Assembly: GCA_010093815.1 (NCBI GenBank)
Contig: ML996576.1
Strand: one strand, 5' to 3'
DNA length: 64,000 nucleotides
Source: Pseudovirgaria hyperparasitica
Taxonomy: Eukaryota
A program made the position numbers and the translations under genes. Positions 1-9,683 of the stretch are shown here, piece by piece. Numbering within the stretch: the first letter of the stretch is position 1; every line of letters begins with the position of its first letter. The notes under the pieces are model-generated. The model saw only the letters and a list, made by a program, of their open reading frames with translations, was not told the origin of the DNA and made no database searches.

Positions 1-769
1 TTGTATCAGCTTTGTGTGAATAGTCGTCGATAGCCTAATCAGTAGAATTAGAGCAGAACCTGAGACTGCGAAGTTTGATTACGTACCTGGCGAAACTCCT
101 TTACTAACTCGACGTAGTTGGCCGCATCCACCGGGCCTTATAAATATTAGCAAATTATTAGAGCTGCATTGGATAGTATAGACAACCATCCGGAAATACC
201 CATGCTAGGTCGATTCCTAACGCATTGTCAAAGCTAGTTATCAGATACCTCTCTTGCTGTACATACCATCCCATCCAAAGTTGTACATACAATGCATACA
301 AGTTTGGACAAACTTAGTGCGTCTCCCTGGATTGGCCACTGCTTCTGACCAGTTACCAGAGAGTCGCCAGCCTCCAATTGATATGATCGCTTTAAGGTGA
401 CGATACTTGCTCTTCAGGTCGACAATCTGCTTAACGTTACCAAACACGTTGTTGCCGTCCTGCTCAGAATCATCGCCCGGGAAGATTCGGTCGACATCCG
501 CATACTTGTCATAGTGGTCACTTGAATTGGGTGAATAGGTTTGCACGCAGAAATGATCTTGGTGCACATACCACTGTCCATCATTCTGAATAAGAGCAAA
601 GCCGTACACAAGATGTGTCAGGTTTTGAACATTCGTATCCGAAGGGACAAAAGCTTTGTCTGAGTAGCTAGCCTAGGATTTGTTAGAAACGTTGGTAGGT
701 ACACTCGATCAGTATTAGCTTTACCCAACTCGGATAATACCCGATGACTCTAGACTTCTCGGCGTCCAT
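1..769 (-). CDS. GH18 chitinase-like protein, catalytic motif degenerate; multi-exon, 3' end runs off the window
   Basis: Spliced reading from ATG 769: MDAEKSRVIGYYPSW|ASYSDKAFVPSDTNVQNLTHLVYGFAL...FGNVKQIVDLKSKYRHLKAIISIGGW...FGWDG|IDLAWVFPD|GPVDAANYVELVKEFRQ|AIDDYS. GYYxxW, THxxYxF and SIGGW are GH18 hallmarks. Introns are GT-AG with branch sites. Confidence 0.85.
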
Positions 770-1300
770 ACTTGACGAAGGAACTATTAAAGCAGCTACT
801 GAAAAGCCTGACGTAATCTGTATGTTGCTTTACCTATGTGATGATTGATGAAGGGGAGGTATAGTATATCTATTTACAAATGGTACACTCTCAGTGTGAC
901 TTGCACTTCATGAACTATGGAAGTCATGAGCTAGCTGCCTCATAAATTGGATCGATCTGACAATGTCTGTGCTTTACGTCATGTAATTGATGCAGTGCAC
1001 TCACATCCTATATATTTACTAAGTGTTGTCATGTATGCGATGTACTCGATACCTTCATTAGGCAGGTAGCAATACTCTCCGCATATATGTGCTGCCGGAT
1101 CTATAGATCGACAATACAGCGGTCCGCGGCATATGCACGAGTCGCAACATATGGGAGCGGTGCAACGTATGAATCGACAAGTTCGGAGTCCGGTGCCTGT
1201 TCTGCATATCGGGCCAGACCAGTCTATAGATCAGCACCGGGCACTCTATGTGGGAATACTCACATAGGTCTAACTTAGTCTGTCCATAGCTAGATACGAA

Positions 1301-1560
1301 ATACTGTAGATATCTATAAGATACTGTGGGTACCGACATACTGTGGATACCTATCTTACACTGTGGATGCCTACGAAACCTTGCGAATACTTACCAGACA
1401 TTGTGGATACTTACCAGACATTGTGGATACTTACAAGACATTGTGGATCCTTACTAGACATCATTGAGACCTACTAGACATAATGGATACCAACTAGACA
1501 TAGTGGATACTTCCTAGATATAGTGGATACTCAAATCATAAGGTGGATACTTAAGAGACA
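1301..1560. repeat. 20-bp minisatellite, consensus TTGTGGATACTTACCAGACA
   Basis: 11 in-register 20-bp units at 1341-1560 plus two degenerate units from 1301. No unique spacers. Confidence 0.9.
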
Positions 1561-2471
1561 TTGCATGAGAGCTGAAGCTATACAACCTATAGATGGTCGC
1601 AGTTGACATACATGCGGATATACGTATGATACAATCACATAACATGAGGACCCATACGAGATGCTATACATGATCTTGGTGTTACGTTCAGTTTGGATTC
1701 CTTGCATGCTAATCTAGGATTGTAGACTTCCATGTGCATAAGCTACATAAGATGACTTTTGTAGCGGTGAAAGAGACGGGGAGAATTTGCTTCAGTAGAC
1801 CAGGGTCGTGGAAGATGCCGACGTAGCCATCGCTGTCTTCAATTGGCGCCGAATCAATCGGTCCCTCAGGACTCAAGCATTAGCCTCTCCACCTCCCGAT
1901 ATCTAGCTCCTGCAGTTACGCCTATACCTACTATGTCAGATGATGCTTCTAGATGGTGGATACCAGTTCTCGGCTTTTTTGCAGCAGCCTGACGCACCAG
2001 ATACCAGCAGTATATCCTAATACAGACTCTATAGCTCGAACTTAGGGAGGAGCTGGGTCTCAATCATGCCCAACCAGCGACCTTGTGCCAACCTACTCCG
2101 ATGTGTACAAAGCTATAGGGACAAGTATTGTTGGATCAGGCTCAGCCGCTAGGTGCATCCATAGTGTACACTTTCCTTGTTCGTTGGCTTCTAGCTGTCG
2201 CTAGCTTTGGGTCCCGCACTTGCAATGTCACAATAAATGTTCATCTTTGTCACACATTATAGGCACATGAACAGGACAAAATACGTGTAACTTTAGAAAA
2301 ATACCATTGATTCGATGGTGAGTGATAGAATTGTAACTTGACTGATTGAACGTTCACTAGATCTAGTATATAGCTGCATTTCTGGAAGAAGAGATTGTAA
2401 AATGTATAATGTAGTTTTTTAACATACTCCAGACTGACAGATAAGACTGATATACCACTAAATATCAGTCC

Positions 2472-3349
2472 TCATGCAAGCTTATCGAAAAACACACGTA
2501 TTAACTGAGCATCCAAAGCTCCAGGCAACAGTGATCGCACATCTGCCATGACCTCCTCGTCTGCCCGGTAGGCTTTGATCACGTTCTCGATCGGTGAGAA
2601 ATATGTTGGCTTGGCTCCGTGAGTGGCCGAAACTGCCTTCTGGCAAAACACAGGGTGGTAGAGGATTGAATGCTGAGTACCATGGAGCTCAAGCCCGACT
2701 AGCTGCACAGGAAGCTCTTCAAGTGTATAGCGGGTGAAATTCTCGAGCCGGCGATCAGTCAATGTGGCTTGGCGAAGACGGGACTGTATGTAATATGTTG
2801 AGCTTTTTTCCAGCTCATCCTCGAATCGACTACGGAATCGAACAACAGCATCTAACAATTTGTGGTACGAGTCGGTCGTGATGTCTCCCCAGCGACAAAT
2901 GTGAATAGTGCAGGACGTTGAGTTGTTGGATAGTTGCCAGTTTTTAATGAAGGTCTGTAGATGGAGAACCATTTCGTTTCCAGCTGCCATAGCCAACTTT
3001 GCAGCCCGGGAGTCACTCATACCATGAGAGATGGTTTGCTCGTACTTGTGTATCTCATCGCACACTAAGATAACGACTTTCCTGTGCCTGACCGTGAGAA
3101 CATCCAATAGTTTGGCCACATTGCTTTCATCTAGAAGAGGATTATTCCCCATCGACATTGTGACAACGCAGCTGTCCTCTGGATTGGAGGTGTTGATGGG
3201 ATAAGGTTCATCGATGGGATACATGATTCCTGTAGCAAATTGCGTGCAAGTGAAAGAATGTTTGAACAATCAAAGATACCTGACGGAGTGGAGCTGAAGT
3301 CGAACAGTGGTATCCAAGAATATTGGCTGGTGCGGCCTCCATGATGCAT
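2472..3349 (-). CDS. Putative tRNA-dependent cyclodipeptide synthase (CDPS, NYH-type)
   Basis: In ORF 2472..3269 numbering: S39-x-G-N42, RW126-127, Y135, Y181-x3-E185-x-P187 and Y204-H205 match AlbC S37/N40/Y128/Y178/E182/P184/Y202/H203 in order and spacing. Start is either ATG 3349 with an in-frame 50-nt GT-AG intron (3279-3230) or ATG 3224. Confidence 0.75.
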
Positions 3350-4004
3350 GGTGAGCGGACTTATCTATACAAACCATAAGCTTTCTCACGACGCAATTAT
3401 ATGACATCTCTGCTAGAGCTGATCTGTATACTTGCGTCTGAATCCAGCATTGTGATCGGAAGACGATATTCCCTTGACGGTAAAATGATATCAGCGGTAT
3501 GCAGTTTTGCATGCATGGAGGTTGTTTACGTGCGTTACAGTGCTTCGTTGGGACTCAGGTGATCACTTAGGCCACTCCAATGCATGAAAGTGATGCATGA
3601 GTGACATAAGTACCTTCAGACGAAAGAGACCACGCACACGGTGGCGATACATGTATATGGACAAGTGCATGAAATAATGCTGCAGCGATGCGCTGGACTG
3701 AGAAGCGCTTTCATGACTGCTGCATCATGATTATCTTGATCTGCATATCGATCGACAATATCAAAACTGCCAGTGACACAAACGCATCAAAAACGTCACT
3801 CAGCTGCAAAGCTGCAGCAAAGTGTCACTAAAGTACGCATAATACAACGTATCACTGAACAGAAAGCCTACATGATTGCGTATAAAACGACAGTCGAATC
3901 GTCGGTATTTCACTCACAAAACTTATCCACATCTTTGACTTCAATCCGAGATACCAGTAAGAAAGCCACCCTACGAATTTATTCCTATCAACGCCCACTT
4001 GAAA

Positions 4005-4573
4005 ATGCAGCTCTTTCGCGCCCTACTCCTTTCAGCTTCGGTATCAGCTCTTTCAACACGGCTTGAAAATCGAATCGGCGCATCTGAATTCATTACAGAC
4101 CTCGAAACCTACTATATCCGCGCGTTTACCCTCGATTTGTCCCTAGATCTACTCAATGGGACTGATGGAGGAGCTGCTAGAGTCACCGATGCCATGCTGG
4201 GTCTCAAGGAGGCCCGCCAAAAGCTTGAGGTAGATGCAAACTTGATGACTCCACTATCAGGGGCCGACAGCCGTGCAGTGACCAAGGAACTTGTGTCTCA
4301 CGATTCAATTGACACTAGCTATATTGGCAAAGTCAAAGATGGGGCAAGTTTACACTTTCATAACAGGCTAGATTCTAACCTATCGGGTAGAAAGATGATT
4401 TGAACAGGGCCATCTCGGAGGATAAGACTACCGAATTCTTATACTCTATCCGAACAACTGTGAAGAACCTTCTCCCTGTTATACAAAGCAAAGTCGACCC
4501 TGCAGACGGTATTGCTGTCTCGTTGATGGAACAGGATCTGATCGCCAAGATCCAAAGCGCAATCGACGTTTGA
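4005..4573 (+). CDS. Secreted HsbA-like (hydrophobic surface-binding/cell-wall) helical protein, about 173 aa
   Basis: Signal peptide MQLFRALLLSASVSA and a PLSxxDSxxV motif. A GC-AG intron at 4344-4390 (GCAAGT...CTAAC...TAG) joins in frame to KDDLNRAI...IQSKVDP...LIAKIQSAIDV-stop. Confidence 0.6.
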
Positions 4574-5629
4574 GTAGGGCGGAGACATTTCGAGCTGAGG
4601 AGCGTCTGCTCTACTCAACCAGTTGTTAAGCTCATGGTAAACTGAATTTATTACCAAAAGAATCTCAATATCACGTTCTTTCGAGATAGGTATATTATCC
4701 CATCTTATGACTTTCTGTTCTCATGTCTACGTTGAAGAACGTGCGAAGGGGTGTGAACCTGTGTGGCTATGAGGGCAAATTTCAGAGCGCAGGAAAAGAT
4801 GATATGTTGTTCGGAGGAATTTTTTCTTATACAAGTACTGATCCAATGGCAAAATCATGTGGCTGGGAGCCTCCAAGTGGTCTTCGTCAGTAAGATGATC
4901 GGGCTATATTTTCAACAAATTTTCTTGCTGCTCTTTTAGCGCTAGGCCCTGTCATTGCGATTGGTATCGTTTTCGGAATTCAAACTTCAATCATTTGGCA
5001 AACCCAATGCATATTGTTGCATGATGCAGCGTTCCTAAAAATCGGGCCATGCAGCGAACAACAGATGTGTGCCCTTGCCCCGTTATGTTTCGCGACTTAC
5101 TGTCGTGATTTAAACATTCCATTAAACATTCCATAGAGAGACACCGCGGGACAGTGGGTTTTAAAAGGAGGAATTTTGAGAATGTTGAGATAGCATTTTG
5201 TCTCATAATCTTACAAAGGAAAGAAAGAACGTGGCAGAGCTCGAAAGTTCAGTCATGACTTGGTCGCATAAGTGTTTGAAAAAGTAGAAATGATAGTGAT
5301 GCTGAGGAGCACCATGCGGGATTAAATTACACGAGTGGTGAAATGATGAGATAGTGGACAAGTATCTAGTGGAAAGTTCATTGGTCGAGTTTTCGCGAAT
5401 GAGGTCAACTTTTTGGAGGGCGGGTTGGACGAGAAGGGCTTATGAACGCCCTAAGATGGGATGACGTGAATGCTGCTGATGAACCTGAGTTGAGACGCTC
5501 ATTGGGCATACTGGTGCTACTAAGGGACCAAGCTTGTAAGTGCGGTCCTTGTAAGACTTCAAAGTGCAGGATGTCACTGTTGAAATGTGATGATTTCATT
5601 GTCATGAGCAGCATAGGATGATTTTAGGC

Positions 5630-6870
5630 TTATACCTCCATGTCCATCACGATCTGTTTCACCAGCGCCTACACATGTTAGTATCAAGTGCTCTACCATA
5701 CTGCTCATTGTATGGAGCACTCACCTGCATATCCTTGCTTGCCTCCCTCCCTGCCTCCAGCACCTCTGCATGATTCGCCTTGCCCTTTTCCAACAGTTCC
5801 TCCAACTCCTGTACAGTCAGCCCCTGAATCTCAGGACTGTCGCCATGGAATCCTCCTTCCAGTACTGCCTTATTGGTTACGAGACTAAACGCCAGAACCC
5901 TCATCCCGCAGTGCCGCGCAACAACTATCTCCGGAACTGTGCTCATGCCAACCAAATCCGCGCCCAAAGTCCTCAAGGCACGACACTCTGCACGGGTCTC
6001 GTATGTTGGACCCGACAGGAACGCATACACGCCCTCGTGCAGTTTTCTCGCCTGATTTCCTCCAAACAGTTTCACGAAGCTCTGATGCGCCAATCGCCTC
6101 AGGACAAGACTGTACGCATCACTCAACCCAGGGAAACGATCGCCAAATTCAGCGATATTGGGGCCCATAAGGGGGTTTGCACCGACGAAGCCAGGGATGT
6201 TAAGATGGTCATTCAAACAAACGATGTCGCCCACAGCGTAGGATGGATTGAGGCCACCGGCGGCATTGGTGACGATCATGGTTGTTATGCCGAGGATGGA
6301 ACAGACACGAGTAGAGTAGGTTACGAGAGACATGGGGTGGCCTTCATAAAAACTTGTTTGGAGTTAGACCGGGAGGTCATATTGGAGATGCAGAAATGTA
6401 TGAGGAAGCATGGAAGATGGAGGGAGGAACCACGTGGGGCATTGTAGTTCCTCTGATGGGTGAGGAAAGGTGAACTTACTGCACGCGGCCAACGAACAGC
6501 ACAACAGGTGTATTCTTGGGCCCTAACTGGCCGAAAACGAGTTTACCGGCATGACCTTGAACTGAAAGAAGGCTGTATCAGTTCAATCCCATGTTAATCT
6601 CGGCGAAGTGTCTCATCCTTGCCATGTTCCTCTCATTGCCTTCGAAATCTATTTAAGACACGTACCTGTACTTTTAGCGAAACCGGGGACATCCCCGTAT
6701 GAAATTTCGACTTTGGGCTCTGGATTGATGGTATCCGCAAGACCCCCTAGACCTGAGCCACAAACAATCGCAATCTTGGGCTTTGCAAGTCCCTCCGGCA
6801 ATATCTTTCGAAGGTGCTGTGCAGTCTCGGTTGCTCTCTGGAAGACGCTCGCTTCAAAAGATGTGTCCAT
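5630..6870 (-). CDS. PNP1: Purine nucleoside phosphorylase (trimeric PNP)
   Basis: IVCGSGLGGL, GHAG, VGRVH, TNAAGG, GPTYET, DLVGMSTVPE and SLVTN motifs. Last exon ALVKQIVMDMEV, TAA at 5632-5630. Confidence 0.95.
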
Positions 6871-7128
6871 GATGTCTGTTTTGAAGAAGAATGTGATCTA
6901 ATAATGAAACCGGGGCAAAAGAAAGCGTAAGATGATGTTTAGAATATACTCGTGCCTTAGTGCCTTCTTTTCGCAGTAACAACTAAGCCTTGGCGAAAGC
7001 GACCGATTCTCGGGCGGTGAGCGCTGCAGAATCGAAGCAGGACTAGCGCCGAAATGTTCACGACCCGGGATAGAATCTCTTGATGCACGACGCGAAGAGC
7101 TTCATCATTGGCTGTACACATCGCAGCA

Positions 7129-9074
7129 ATGGCGGTGCCAACATGCGTGAGAGCGATGCTCCGCGTGGGCAGACGTCCAAAGGTATGTTAATGAAGATTA
7201 TGATAGAGATTCGGCTGATTTTAATTGAAACATCTTAGTTACCTACCCTTACTGCAGTGTCCCAGGTTCGCCATTCGACGGAACTACTCGAGACACATAT
7301 CACAAGTGAAGGTCTTGACATTGTTCATCTGGCAGAGTAAGTGGTGTAAGTGACAAGGAACGATGCACGTTATCTGACAATCGCCTAAGGCAGCGTGGAA
7401 TCACGATTGGCCGTAGGATGAAGTAAGTTTTCTTCAAATTACCATCCCGATTAACACATGGCTAATAATTCCAGGCTCACCGAAGAGGATATTGCTCATG
7501 TGCAGGGCATGCTCGAGAGCGGTACGATGGAAACCCCTAATGGAACGAAGACGTCAGTTTTCTGAAGAAGGACTACACCATGACCGCTGACAATACCAGG
7601 ATCACGGAGGATGAGAGGAAGCGGCTTGAGAAGATGTTGAAGGAGGGCAGAACGGAGGCCCGTACTATGAAGAAAGAGTTAGTCTTAAGAATGTAGAGCC
7701 GATGGAAAGACTGCTAACATCTCCAGGGTTACGGAACAGCAGATGGAGGGGCTTATGAAGATGGCGGAGAAGGGCGAGCCTTACAATCTGAGGGCAATGC
7801 GCCTCCAACCTTTCCGGCGCGTCCCAACTCACGGTATCCCATGCTGCGACCTTCAGCTTCGTACATACAGCATTCGGAACATGGACATGTTTGCCGACTT
7901 CGCCTTACGGGCGGCATACTATCTCAAACTCCCAGCTAAAGGGCCAATTGCGCTCCCACGGATCACGGAACGATGGACAGTGCCACGAAGCAATTTCATC
8001 CACAAGAAATCACAGGAGAATTTCGAGCGAATCACACATAGGAGACTCATACAGATACAAGATGGCCACCCTGAAACAGTGCGCATATGGCTGGGTGTTC
8101 TGAAGAAACACCAATACCATGGTGTGGGCATGAAGGCCAATATCTGGGAGCACGAAAGCCTACATGTCGCTGAAGCTGTTGAGAAGTCTCTGGACGAACA
8201 GAAAGAAGATATACAGGCTGTCTGGCAAAACTTTGGTACAAGAGCAGATATGGTAAACTCGAGAAAGGTCCGCGAGCAGCTACGGCACCCGTCACACACG
8301 GGCATCTTGGCTGAGATCGAAAAAGAGCAAGCCCTGGACAGAGGGAAGTTCCAACACAAGATTCAGGATCGCAAGCAACGTGAAGGCAATGAACAAATCA
8401 AGAGAAAGCGGATAGAAGAATCGCGCAAGAAAAAAGCGCAGGATCGCGCTCGTCTGGAGAAAGCACAAGAAAAAGCACTTCTGGAATCTATACAAGCGAA
8501 GGCTACAGCGGGTGCCAGCAAGGGCACATACAGCCAAGAGGACAAGCCTCAGCTTGCCGAGCAAGAACTGGAATTTTTGATCAATGAGTCAAAAGAAGCA
8601 GAACCAGGCGAACACGAGGTCAAACCCGGAGTAGAAACGCCTGTAGAGACTCCCGTGGTGACTGATGTATCACCGGAAGAATCTGCGACTGTGGAGGCCG
8701 CTTCAAAGCAGGCCAATGCCGGGATAACAAGCACTACAACGCCTATTGAAAACGTGCCAGAATCAGCTACTACTTCCAAACCCGTGGAAGACGTCCCAGA
8801 ACCAGCTGTACCATCCACACCCATGGAAAACGTCCTAGAACCAGCTGTAGCATCCACACCCGTGGAGGTACCAGTATCTGAACCAGTCACTGCTTCTATA
8901 TCCGTCGAAGATATTTCTGAACCAGCTCCCACTCCCACTCCTACTCCTACTCCCACTCCCACTTCCACAGCCGAAGCCCCAGCTCCCACTCCAATTCCCA
9001 CAACCCCAGAGGACTCTAATACGACCGATTCCGTCGTGCCCCCGAAGGAGTCCGGTGAGCAGCAGAAGAAGTAA
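7129..9074 (+). CDS. RSM10: Mitochondrial small-subunit ribosomal protein uS10m with extended acidic Pro/Thr-rich C-terminus; multi-exon
   Basis: S10 domain LQLRTYSIRNMDMFADFALRAAYYLKLPAKGPIALPRITERWTVPRSNFIHKKSQENFERITHRRLIQI. Arg-rich presequence MAVPTCVRAMLRVGRRPK. Confidence 0.9.
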
Positions 9075-9683
9075 CAGATAGTAGGCAAGCTTCAGATTCT
9101 TGCTCTGTATAAATAGTACATAAGACAGACGACATATTGTGTACATGAACCATATTTTGTTCCTTGGACCGCCCAATGTAAAAGTTTTGACCAGGATGTT
9201 TTCAGTGTGGATGTATTTGTTTGTCTGCGCTTACAAGTTCATGATGTCCGATTGACTGCACTGTGATGGGTTTGTAGAGATGTATCGACGTAGGATGATA
9301 GAGATAGTTTTGGTGAAATCGGTGATGGATGTAGGCAAGAATGCTATATACATGTCGAAAGGATCTCCAACATTGCAGATGATCGGATTTTAACTAGGTC
9401 GTGTGTGGTAGCACCGAGAAAGAGTACCCTATTCAAAGCATTCATAGAACGCAGTAAATTACGTAAAGAGTGACACGCGTGTTCGGACAAAGCACCCGAC
9501 AGCATAAGTATTATTGACAATCCTATTCATTCGGTCCCATTCCAAGTAGTAGTATGAGGGTATCTGTAACCGTGACCCGACACAATACCCAACTAGTACG
9601 AAACTCCCAGACGCCATATATAGGTTTGATGCTGATGCTGTACTTTTGTCCCATTGCAAGCAACCTCCTTTTAGCAGTACAGT

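Noticed and set aside
1301..1560. CRISPR-like array
   Set aside because: Units are head-to-tail with no unique spacers, the context is eukaryotic and no cas genes are present.
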